From assembly GCA_040285825.1 (NCBI GenBank), contig JAUPSS010000003.1, positions 2,852,001 to 2,916,000 on the forward strand: DNA of 64,000 nt, written 5' to 3'. The notes under the pieces are model-generated. The model was given only the letters and a program-made list of their open reading frames with translations, did not search any database and was not told where the DNA came from. Origin of the DNA: Eukaryota sp. TZLM1-RC (lineage: Eukaryota > Protista > Metamonada: BaSk clade). Numbering within the stretch: the stretch's first letter is position 1; each line of letters starts with the position of its first letter. Positions 20,380-32,089 of the stretch are shown here, one piece after another. A program made the position numbers and the translations under genes.

Positions 20380-21221
20380 TTTTTTTAAATTTAATTTTAT
20401 TCTAAACCTATAAATCAACATCTAAAAAATCCATCTCTCCCAAAACAAAAACACTAGATGCAACTCTCTCATAGTGAGATCCAAGAGAAAGCAAAGCATC
20501 AGAAACCATCTTCAACATCCCCTTAAAAATAGAAAACACAATTCTACTTTGCCAAAACAATCTGTTGAAATTTCTGCCAGTTCTTCTCTTTACAATCATT
20601 TCAAAATCATCCAAAAAACGTAAAGCAGTTGGTGCAAGTGAACCAAAAAGGGAAAATACAAATGGATACAAATTGTATTTTGCATGCTGTAGACTGGCCA
20701 ATTTGGACAAAGGTTCATTGTATTTTTTGAATTTAAAATTTTCAGCATTTGAAAGGGGATTATGAATTTCAGAATTAACAAGCCTTTCATATGAGGCATT
20801 ACAAGGATCAACAGACATTACATCCAATAAAATGAAGCTTCCATCTAATCCAGGTAATATGACATCACCTCTATTATTCTTATGAAAATCATTTTCAGCA
20901 TCAAACAAATTTGACAACAGAGGTTCCAAGAAGGATTCAATTCTATGAGATTTACACATACAATATAACTGGTCTCTTACAGCATCATGAACCTTGCTTC
21001 TAAAAGTAATAAAATGTTTACAATTTAACAAATGAGTAGTTGTATTTTCTCGAGAACATTTACAAATTAAATTATGAGGTAAATTATCAGGCCAGATAAG
21101 GGAACGAAATCTCATATTCAGAGTCCAAGCAGAATCGGATAAGAGAGTACCATAAACTTGTGGAATTGTTGTTACTAAGGCAGAAGAAGTACTGTCACAC
21201 ATATCTTGTAAAAGATTTGCA
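20380..21221 (-). mobile_element. 5'-truncated CRE-A copy inserted into Fanzor A2
   Basis: Zinc finger plus endonuclease ORF at 20408-21202. TSD aaagtttgtcaat(c/t)ct at 20364-20379 and 21222-21237. The empty site is visible in A1. Confidence 0.9.
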
Positions 21222-21830
21222 AAAGTTTGTCAATTCTGGACAAAAAACTTTATTCGTGCTCATTGTAGAGCTCTAGATAAAACAAATGTCTTTGCCAATA
21301 GTATTCTCTGACTTTTGCCAGATGAACCATTAGCCCAACCCGAGGAAGTAGTTGTTGATTCTGTTCTTGAACACTACATCAATTTCATTCTGAATAATTC
21401 AAAAGAAAGATTCTTTTTATTAAATGCATGTAAGTTTATCTTGAATCTCCTTCAAAGATTTTTGCCACTGCTTCTCTACTGTCTTCCCATGATAAAATCA
21501 GCTTTTCATCAAAAAAAATTGGTAAGCTTTTTCTCTTCAATCTTAAAATTTCACAATACTGAATCACTTTTTTTCTCATATGCATTGCTGGAAGAAATTA
21601 AGAATAATACAGTTAGCTTCTCATAAAGGTTTTAAATTTCAAAGAATACCTTCACATGTTTTACACTCTGTGAAAAAATTTCCACTTATTGAAGGATTAT
21701 CTTCCAAAACAAAGGTTATCAGAAATACATGTCTAAAACGAATAATCAAACAATGTCCTTACCACAAATTCAATATCAACAGAAAAAGTTTGAAAAATAG
21801 ATTTAAAAATATTGTATTGAAAACTAATGG

Positions 21831-22002
21831 ATTCAATTTGCCATTATTAATAGATTACCACGGTTTTTCAATCGACTAAGAGAAGCTTTAGCTAGACAGC
21901 AAGCAGATCAAGATTTTGTAGAGGAAATCTTGGTTCAATGATAGTCGTCCCATTAGTTATGAGTTAATTTAATTAAGTGTGCAAATTCAATAAATACAGA
22001 AT
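21831..22002 (+). mobile_element. CRE-B 3' end inserted into Fanzor A2
   Basis: Matches about 53560-53725. TSD aaactaatgg at 21821-21830 and 22003-22012. Confidence 0.85.
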
Positions 22003-23159
22003 AAACTAATGGTAGTGAACTGCTTTTGACCTTTGAAGGTAAAAAGAATGACTCAGAAAACACAGATGAGCTGGATGAACCACCGAGAAAGAAAAGAAGA
22101 TTAAAAAAAGATATGAAAAGTGACCCTGATGCCAACAAAACCAGTGAAATACAGTTGAAGGGCATTAAAAAAATGCCCCGTCGAAGACGTCGACATCCAA
22201 TCGAAATTTTGTCTGAAATGCCCCTTATTGGCGTTGATCTGGGACAATCTAGGTTATGTGGTGACTTCTTAACTGATAATCAATGTGGAGTTATCCCTTG
22301 TCCAACTGGCAGAAGATACATGACAAAACCTCACCCAGTAAACACTTTCCCAACCGATATTCCGTTCAAAATTTCAACCAATATTTGATCCATTGGAATT
22401 TGGTCAGGAAAGTAGTGTAAAAGAAAGTAATCGCCAGAAAAGGAAAATATTCAAATTTGATAACCGCAGACGAAAAAAGAGACGGTTCCGAGAGAGTCTC
22501 AACAAATTTCAAAGGCTGGCTGGACATCCTGAAAAACTTTACCTTGCTGTGGGTTCTGCTAATTTTCCTTCTCATTGCCGAAAAATTAATCGATATGGAT
22601 CAGCATGGGCTCTTAAAAAAATGGTTGTCTTATCAAAATGACGTGAAGCACTTGTCAACCAGTGAATTCAATACAAGCAAACTGTCCAGTTGTTGCATGG
22701 CCAAGAATATTCAAGCAGGCTCATGGCAGATGCGTATTTGTATTGAGTGTCAAATAGTATATGACAGAGATATTTCCGCTGCAAGAAATATTCAAATTAA
22801 GAAGAAAGCGGAATTGTGGCCGGAAAGAAACATTTGCCCAGAAGCTCTGTTGAGTAAATGAATGGGGAACCTCAGCACACAGAAACAAAAACTTTTGAAA
22901 AACTGATATTTTATTTTGAGTTTTTTTTTAGTTTTTTTGAAAAACTTTTGAGACCGATCTACAAATGCCTTGGTAGCATTTGGTTGATCTTCTTAGATAC
23001 AACAAGTCGTGAGGCTTTGTTCTGTGAAAGCAGTAGGTGTATTTAAGTGAGGTATCCCAATGCTGAAGATCAGGATTGTCTTTGTGAAATGACGCTACAT
23101 GTCTCCTACAGCCTGTGAGTAGACATTGAGAAAGTTGAAAACAGGAGTGAAATTTACAG

Positions 23160-23800
23160 CAGTGTTCGGACACCACCAGGTGGTTCAATTTTACCACCAG
23201 GTGGACCACGTGGTGCCACGTGGTGGTTGGTGCCACCATGGTGGTTTTCTTGGTGGTCAATTTCATTTCATTATTCCTTTCTCCTTTCATCTAAATACCA
23301 TGGCCTGGTAGAAAACACCCTATTTTTGAATGCATTTCCCCTAAGCTTTTGGTTTCATAATGAATCAAAGGCGAAATAGAATGACCAGTGAAGTCCTTAG
23401 TGTTCATCTATTGCAACTTGAAACTAAAGAAGAAACTGCTGGTCAATCGTCAAGAATACCCCAAATGGATGAATGCTGAAATAGTAGAGATGATGGAAGA
23501 GATGGAGGAAGTTGCAGAGGTAGAAGTTGCAGAGCAGGACCAAGAAGTAGATTATCCACTGGGCGAGGAAGTCCTATACGATCCTTGTTATTTCAGAAAT
23601 CTTTATGTTTCGGAGGACATTGAGGAGGAATGATATGATCAATCTCAAATGCTTTTTTGGTTTGATAGTTGAGTTATGGGTTTAGTATTTGTTAGTTGAA
23701 ATAAACATGTTTTGTTCATAATGATTTGACAATGTCAGAAGGTAACAGCATTTTATAGGCTAAAAAATACACCACCGTGTGGTCAAAATTCCGAACACTG
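23160..23800. mobile_element. Non-autonomous hAT element (MITE-like)
   Basis: Perfect 11-bp TIR CAGTGTTCGGA/TCCGAACACTG. 8-bp TSD ATTTACAG at 23152-59 and 23801-08. Subterminal CACCA/TGGTG repeats. Confidence 0.9.
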
Positions 23801-24766
23801 ATTTACAGTATCATAATACTTTTTAACTTTTTTGCTTGGTTCAGTCACCATCAATCACCATTATCTGTAATTCTTTTTGTGTTTGCTCTATCAATAAATA
23901 CTATTAATAATACTCTCTCCATAACTACCAGTACAGTGAATTTCTATCAAAACGCACTTCTAGCTTTTGACCAATTCATGGAATCTTTATAGACGTTAAG
24001 CATACTTTAGATCCATCACTATATGATATGACGATCAAATGATAGTTAAAGCCGCAACATTACAATACGCGTAAAGGTACGCAATACATGGAATGACACT
24101 TATGTACGGCGTCTCCTGAACCCCTCAGGTCTTTCATTGTAGTAGTGCTCACTTATGGCAATCTCCAGCTGGTTTCTGGAGGCTGAGATGTCCCTCCACC
24201 AGAGTGTTTGACATTGAGGGCAAACAAACTTATCATTGTTCACCCTCCCATCATCGTGATACACCTTTTGATTGAATACCTTACATCAATTCGTTTTGGC
24301 AGATGTGTAGAATTCATCTCCATTAAACTTCACATATGTAGAATGTTTCTGAATCTCCTTCAAAAAGCGCTTCCTTGGGGTTTTCACAGATTGTCTTGAT
24401 GGCCCATCACCTCCACTACCAAACTAAATTCTGGTTCCTCTTCCACTAGCTATTAGTTTGATTTTTTCAATAAATCCCATTATTCTCTTTTGCCTTCTTA
24501 TAAAAAAATCAAACTTGGTGCGGCGCAGGACTCGGCGATCTCCATTTATCAGCAGTTGGTCTAAAATAGTTCTCGGACGGAAGTCGGGATTGCTGATTTG
24601 TTCATGTGTTGGTACCCATTGCTATTTCATTAAGATATTTGTGTATTTTCTTAGCAAAATAGCAGTTTGGTGATGCATGGGTCAAGAACGGTGGTTGAAT
24701 GATCTTCTTTGCTTTTGGATTTAGAACAAGGCCCGAAAGTTGATGGTCAACTTTGTTATTATCTAT

Positions 24767-24914
24767 TGATGGTCTTTGCTCGTTAATGTTAGACATACAG
24801 TAGAAAAGTAATGAAATTTATTACGAAGAGGAATTGTATTCTCTCTTCTTAAGCTAATAGGCGGAAATACTAATAAACTAAACTATTAACTATAAATACT
24901 ATTCAAGACTAACA
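24767..24914 (-). repeat. 3' LTR (148 bp)
   Basis: Direct repeat of 31944-32089 with a few differences; TG..CA ends. Confidence 0.9.
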
Positions 24915-27900
24915 CTGCCTTTTCCTCTCTTTCGAGCGACGAGCCCTGGAAGCTCTAGTCACAGGAGGTGAACTAATGGAATTATTACGCTTCTTGGGAG
25001 GAGCGGATTTAGTACGGCGACGTGCTTTCAAAGTCTTGATAAAGTCTTTATACGCGGCAGTATTTTGGACTGTAGACACACGCTCAGTGGTGATCTCTTT
25101 TCCTGGCCATTGCACTTGGCAAAAGTCACCTTCCTGGCTGAGCACTTTTTCAATGATGTGTTCTTCGACATCACCTGCAGCGACCCAGGAGTGGAACTCA
25201 TCGTTGGTGGGCAAGCTGGAGTGCCAGGGTTGATATTCACAGACGAATTGGATACAATTTCAGTAATTAGGAAGGGTCCTAAATAGTCTCCATGAAGCTT
25301 AGCGGAAGAGCCAGATGCTCTCAATACCAATTGACCAACTTCAAAAGGGTTTGGAGTTGATGATCTAGTTAGCTTGGAAGCTTTGGAAGCTTGATGGTGT
25401 GCTACCTTTTCCTGTTTCTCTTTCAATCTTCGAAATTTAGATTGAATTTCTTGAATAAAAGATGACTCAGACGTCGAGCTTTCAATAATTTCAAGAATTT
25501 TGCCAGGGTCCGATCTAGGAGACACATCTGAGCCAAAGATCACTTGGTATGGGGTGTGGTTGGTTATTGAGCTCTTGGAAGAGTTGATCAATAATTGCAC
25601 ATAAGGCAAGTATTCAGACCACACGTCGTTGGCGTTGAAGTCTACGAGCAATTTCCGTAGGTTTTGCAGGATGTCTCTGTGTCGGCGCTCTACCAGGCCG
25701 TTGGACAGAGAAAACCTAGGTATTGACTTTGACACCTCTATGCCTAAAAATTTGCTTAATTCGTCAAAGACAGCCTTGGAAAATTCGGGTCCATTATCGC
25801 TGTGGATTTGAAATGGAATACCAAAGATGGCACAGACTTTCCAGATTAATGCATCTGCAGTAAGATTGGCATTTATCTCTTTTAGAGGTACGATGATCGT
25901 GAACCTAGAGAAGCTGTCAATAAATACGAGGCTGTATTTGTAGCCTTCTTGATCTTCTGGAAGAGGACCAATAATGTCGGCGTTGACGCGAGCAAAAGGT
26001 CTGTCAGCCCACAATGAACCGGTTGGGGGAACATGCAGTTTGGGAACTGGCTTTGTTTTCTGACAGGAGGGGCATTCTTGCACGTGCTTATTCATGTCAG
26101 TGAGCATGTTTGGCCACCAATAATCGCTGTTCCTGAGCTTGTTCAGGCTTTCAGCTTTGCTTGGATGGCCTCCTTGCAGAAGTCCATGCAACAAGTTAAG
26201 AGTGTCCTTAATGAGTGATTTGGGAATCACTATCTTGTTGTCCTGAGTCATATATAAATCAAGATGATTGTTATGAACACAGCTGTTGAAAGAGGGGTCT
26301 TTGGAAGCTATGGCGAGCTTCTGTTCGGACCTAATCCTACAGAGCCATGGCTCGAAAATAGGCAGGTCGTTGGAACATCGTTCTCTGATGACCATGATAC
26401 GTTCGAAGTTGTTTAAGTCTTCGATGTAGTATCTTTCATTTTCTGTTCCATCAATTTTATCGATGTAAAATATTGGGTGAAAATTTGGAGGCATTTGATG
26501 GGACAAATGATTGATCTCTTGATGGTCTATAGGCGGAACTATTCGAGACAACATATCAGCCCAGAAGTTATCTTCCCCTTCGGTATGTACCAAATCAAAG
26601 CAGAATTCAGAAAATATGGGTAACCATCTAGTTACAATTCTGTTCTTCTCAGGAGCCGTGAACATGTAGGTAAGGTTTTGATGGTCTGTGAATATGACCA
26701 GTTTCCTTCCTTTCAAGTAGTTTTCAAAACCACTTTGAGTTAACATGAGCAGGATGGCATAGAGTTTCTTTTGGTTTGTCGGCCAGTTCTTTTGCGAGTT
26801 GGTTAACAACCGGCTGAAGAAGCTGATAGGCCTACATTTCCTGTTGATCAGGGGGGTACCGGGGTCGTCGACCTGTTCGATTTGTTCCCATATGACGCCG
26901 CCTACAGCTATGTCGGACGCATCGCAACTAATTAAAATTTGCTTTTCCAGCGGAGGTAAGCTGAGCGGCATGTGCTTCGCTATCAGTTGTTTGATCTTTT
27001 GAAGGAGTCCGTCATGCATGTCGGTCCATTGAAGGCGTTGCGCGCGGGGTTTGGGTTTAACGTTGGAGTTATTTCCATCCTTCTTAGTCAATCTGATGAT
27101 AGGAGCGATGAGCTCAGATACCTGAGGAAGCCATTCTCTAATGAAGTTGACTGATCCTACGAGGCTGCGGACGTCTTTGATTGTCTTTGGTCTAGGTAGA
27201 TTCAGCAAAGATTCAACGCGAGTGGGATCGATAGTGCGTTGTTTGTTTTGGAAAACACTGCCCAGTATCTTGATTGGGTGTCTGGAAGACACGCAGTGGC
27301 ACTTTGGAAGTCCCAAGAAAACTCTTTTGCATCTGGCTTGATCAAGGACGCGACGGAGGCGTTCGATGAATTCATCAAAGGTTGAACCTATGATTATGAT
27401 GTCATCTATGTAAATGAAGACACCGTCTCCAGAGAAGATGTCAGCCATGACGTTTTGGAAAACGGCTGGGACATTCTTTAGGCCAAAAGCTGCACGTTTG
27501 AACATGATGCTTTTGCCAGGAATGCTCAGGGCTGTTTTCTGCCAATCCTTTTCGGCGATCTTGAGTTGCCAAAAGGCTTTGGGGAGGTCAAGGGTGCCTA
27601 TGTAGTTCGCTTGGGAGAGAAATACCAGCACATCGGAGATCCTTGGAAGGTTGGGCTCAACAGGAATGGTGTTGGCGTTGACTCCGTCCTTGCCACTATA
27701 GTCACCAGTAAGGCGGGGCTAACGGTGATCTGGGTAGACCACTAGACAGACAGGGGAGCTGAACTCATGGTTCGATGGGACAGCAAATCCTGAGTCTACG
27801 AGTTCGTCGAAAATTTGGTTAGCGACCTCTAGCCTGGCTGGATTCAGGGTCCTGGGGGGTCTTCTAACTCTGACGTCTTCATTGTAGAAGTTGATTTCCA

Positions 27901-30900
27901 TGGGAGGGCAATCAATACCTTCAGCATGAGGCTTGAGGGTAAATACGTCTTCGAACTCCTTCAAAGTTTGAAGTAGGGACTTCTTGAAATGGTCGTTGTC
28001 GAGGTTGATGGTACAACCAGATGAGTTGATGTGTTCCAACCAACGTGTGGAAACGTTGACGACTTCCGAAGCTTGTGATATTCGATGATCGAATTCAGCT
28101 TCAGGTAATAGTAATGTGCGACAGGCGTCGTCCATTCTAATATAAATGCCCTTGTTGTTCATCAGCCCAAGGTGACTCAACAAGTCAGCACCAATGAGAA
28201 TGGTCTCATGTCCAGGAACGATGCTGAACTTGTGTTTCACGTGTACAATCTGGGTGACACTACCTAGTCTAATGCTAAGGGTTCCAGAAGCAGTACCAAG
28301 GGACTGTGAGGTAGTTCCATCAGCAATCTTGTATGAAATGGTTTCGTTGGAACGTGCCATGTTACAATTACTGATGACGTCTTCCGTGACTACTGAGCAT
28401 GTTGCACCAGAGTCAATTATGCCTTTAACTTCGACATTGTTGATCAAGAAGTTTAATTGTAGGCAGTTGTGATTCATGGATTGTACCATAAAAATTGTAT
28501 CGGAATCATGTCCATTTAAGTCGGCTTGTTCTGAGAAGAAGTTAGCCTGACTGTTGGGTATCTTGGTAGGTTCCAAGTTGGCAAGTGGATTGATTAGAAA
28601 ATCTTTCCATGCTGAACTTTCTGTGTGTGGTTGTGTTGTTGTTGTAGGGGGTATGGTTTCTAAAGTACAAAAATAGTGACGGGAACGTTTATTGTAAAAA
28701 GAGCCTCTGCCTCTGCCGCGAGTACCTCTTCGACTACGGAAACCAGAACCTCTAGAACTTCTACCTCGAGCTTGTTGTTGAGCTTGTTGCTCTCTCCACT
28801 TCTTGCTCCTTTGGCAGTCTTCGCTGGGGCACCTTTCAGTCGGATGGCCCTTTTGCTTACAGAAGTTGCATTGGACATCAGCGGCCTGGGAAGACGATTG
28901 TGGTAGGCTTCCTCCTCTCTTACTTTGTTTTGGGCGTTTACCTGGACCAGAACCTCGTGGTCTGGGGATGTCAGGTGGGGAGGGGACGACCGTGGGAGGT
29001 CGGCGAGAGGCCTGCTGGTGAGTTAATTGGTTCTGATAGGTGAAATCGACATGGTTCAGTTGTTCCATGAACGATCTGGCGTTACAGAAATTCTCGTGTT
29101 CAATTTGTAGAACACTAAAGAATTCGCCAAGGGTGTGGCCATCAGATAAGTAGTCAGAAGGAGAGGACCAGATCCTGAGGAGTCTGTCTCTGATAGGGAT
29201 GATTCCTACGCTTTCTAGGACATGAGTAGCAACTACCCAATCTGAAAGTCTATCAGCTAGAGGAGTGGAGCTTATGGAGAATGTTCTCAGTTGTTGAGAG
29301 ATGCCCCTAAACTCTTGGATGGCAGTGGAGCGAGTCAGAACTCTGCCGATGTTGACCATGAAGTCAATCCATCTATTGCCATAATCTCTTTCCGACCAGT
29401 CCATGTTAGTTGCAAGGAGAGCACGATTAGCCTTATCCAGTCTGCTGAATTGGGTTCTCCTTGGAATTTGAGCCCAAATAATGCGTTCGTCTCTTGAGGT
29501 AGGGACCGTGGGAGAAGAGATAGCTAGGTGAGCACCTTGATATCTTAGCGCATTTAGCACCTCAGGGGTGACACATTCAGCGAGGCCTCAGGGGTTGATC
29601 CTCATGGCTTGACGGAACAAGTCCCATTCGCGACCTGGTTCTCCAGTGATGTTACCAAAATACTCATCAATCGATGGTTGTGAACCCTCTCTAGCTTGTT
29701 CTAATTCTTCACGTAGTCTGGCAACTTCGTTGGCTAGAGCTATTGGGCTGGATCCTCAATGTTACATCTCGTTTCTCTTAGGACTCGGTCGGTACGACTC
29801 CAGAGAATGAATTTGTTGACAAACTTCAGAAGTTTATCAGCGTCCCTCAAATCAGAAGCTTCAAGATATGGACGTTTAGGACAGTCCCTACGTCTGTCAT
29901 CTCGATCTCTTGATCCCATCATTGAAAAAAGGAGAAGGCTACTTTCGTATGTGCCCGAGAAGGGTGAATGATGTGAGGAGATGGAGGATGTAGAACCTGT
30001 CGTGGAAGGTGTAGGTTGGGGTTGAGGAGCTCGACTAATGGGAGTGATGGGAGCAGGTACCGCATCAGAAGATGTGATGGGGGTGGGTGATTCACTGCTC
30101 ACAGTGACAACGTCGTCGTCGGCTTGTTCCATCGCATATTGGTTGGGATTAGAGGTTTCCGTGGTAGGAAGTGAATCAGTTTCCATAGGAGGTTGTGGTG
30201 ATTCAGGAGGTTGAGCAGAGGAAGATGGAGCTTCACTGTGTTGAGGTTGAGGTGACTCTTGAACATCTTCAAATTGGGCTGGAACCTGGTGAAAAGATAC
30301 TGCTGGTTGTACCAAGCGAGTCTTTTCGATCCTGCCTTCAACCATTACCCATTTCAGTATTCTGGATTCTACGCAACCAGGGAATACTGTAACTTGCTGG
30401 AGGGCTCTTGGTAGATTACCAGTTCTTCTATGGTCGGGACCACAGAAGGAAGCGATGTGATCAGGCCGTCTATCATAAAGAAAGAGTCTTTCTTGATAGG
30501 TGGTTTCGGTGAACCACCAGCCTGTCCTATGATCCCTATCAATTAAAATGTCCAAGGAGGCATTGTACCCAGGGCTGAACCTAGGATAAGGGCAAGGATT
30601 TGCTTCGTTAATGAAGAGAATGTCATCATCTCCAGCGAAACGTCTGAAAACACCCTCTCTAGTGGTCTTCATGTACCTGACGCCAGGTCTAGGTTCAAAG
30701 GATGGTTCGGGATCAACTCTAGCGTTCTCGGGTTCAATACTTTCAAAAGCAAGGTAGAAAAGCACCCCCCAAAGAATGGGGGGTGTCCTTTGCTCATTTC
30801 CGTTGGAGGAATGGCCTCAGGGTCATTAGGGTTAACTCTTGAATCCCTATGAGGAATGTTAGGTCTGTGCTGGCGGGAAGCACTGTCTTCGCGAACACTA

Positions 30901-31853
30901 TTACTAGCATAGGAGCTAGAATAGAGGGGTGCAGACACTGAATGAAGTGGTTGATGATGGGCAAGTGTAGAGGATGTTCCTCTTCTAGCCTGTAACTCTC
31001 TATCCAGTCTGTTCTTGAGTTTCCAGATTCGATCTTCATGGAAGTAACGTTCTAAATATTTTTTAGAAACCTCACCAGTTTCTCTATCAATTTCAGGAAC
31101 ATGTTCCGTGGGAGGAACCGGAGGTTGAGCTATGTGAGAAAATTCCCTGGGAGGTTCCTCATAGTCAACCAGATCTGAAAATAATAGTTCATACCTCTTC
31201 CTTTGCTCTTCGGAAAGATGCGAAGGAAAGTTTGGTATGCTAGGAGTGGAATCTCTAGCCTGGGGAGGGGAAACGGACAGATTGTTAACTCCACTTACTG
31301 TCAATGTAGTAAGAGGAGATCCTGAAGTTGGGACAGCAGCATTTTGGATAGTTCTCCTAACAGTTGGAACTGGAGGATGAAGCTGTTGAGAGTGAGAGGG
31401 TGGAACCTCAGAACTGGATGGAAGGGATGAAGATGGTACTTCAATGGCCTTCTTAGAGGGGGAAGAGGGTTGGTCTTCCAATCCTTCTTTTGCAGTGAGA
31501 GAAGGTTGAACAGTCTTTCTGCTCTGAGTAAAAGGTGAAGATGGTACTTCAAAGCTTCTTTCAGGGAGGGGAGAAGGTGGGACTTCAGATGCCCTCAATT
31601 GCGAAGGAGGAAGAGGAGCAACGGAATCCTCTACGTCCTCGTCGTCGTAGGAGACCAACGAAGGACTTCTTCCTTCCGAAGGAACGGAATCCTTGGGAGG
31701 GTTGCCTCCTTCCACAGGAACAGAATCCTGAGGAGGGGAGCTTCCTTCCATGGGAACGGAATCCTCTGGAAGGGAATTGTCTTCCTTTGGGGTGGAACCC
31801 TCAGGGAGAGTTGCTTCAGGAAGCGCAGAAGCTTCAACCGAAGAAGGAGGCAT
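24909..31853 (-). pseudogene. Gypsy gag-pol polyprotein, disrupted
   Basis: Fragments at 30669-31853, 29740-30765, 27719-29560, 25028-27631 and 24909-25214. In-frame TAG inside RT at 27719; other breaks are frameshifts or stops. Confidence 0.9.
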
Positions 31854-31943
31854 GGAAGCAGGGTCTGTGGTTAGTGGTGAGGAAGAGGGACCAGTCTCTT
31901 CCTCAAGGATCTTACCTTGAGCCGGGGACGACCCAATATTTAT

Positions 31944-32089
31944 TGATTGTCTTTGCTCGTTAATGTTAATGTTACAGTAGAAAAGTAATGAAATTTATTA
32001 CGAAGAGGAATTGTATTCTCTCTTCTTAAGCTAATAGGCGGAATACTAATAACTAAACTATTAACTATAAATACTATTCAAGACTAACA
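31944..32089 (-). repeat. 5' LTR (146 bp)
   Basis: Direct repeat of 24767-24914. Followed on the minus strand, after 8 nt, by TGGGTCGTCC (possible PBS). Confidence 0.9.

Larger units (their letters stand above)
19668..23808 (+). mobile_element. Fanzor1 element family A, copy A2 (ORF about 19869-22861), with four nested insertions
   Basis: Collinear with A1. Retains the N-terminus MTDTHSVSRVFTRCC plus IGVDLG, SEFNTSK and DRDISAARNI. Flanked by TA at both ends. Confidence 0.85.
24767..32089 (-). mobile_element. Ty3/Gypsy LTR retrotransposon with a chromodomain
   Basis: TG..CA LTRs, 4-bp TSD CTAT, and PPT GAAAGAGAGGAAAAGGCAG next to the 3' LTR. Domain order: gag (CCHC), PR (DSGA), RT (YIDD), RH (DAS), IN, chromodomain. 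Confidence 0.95.

Noticed and set aside
23160-23260. CCACCA/GGTGG repeat cluster as a CRISPR array or telomeric repeat
   Set aside because: There is no repeat-spacer periodicity. These are subterminal repeats of a hAT MITE.
27631-27721. Programmed readthrough between gag and pol
   Set aside because: The TAG lies inside the RT domain, after the protease, so it is more likely a point mutation (for example AAG to TAG).
31936-32089. Tf1-like self-priming (ATAAATAT after the LTR pairing with GTATTTAT in the LTR)
   Set aside because: An 8-nt AT-rich match only about 15 nt into the LTR cannot be distinguished from chance or a TATA-like box.
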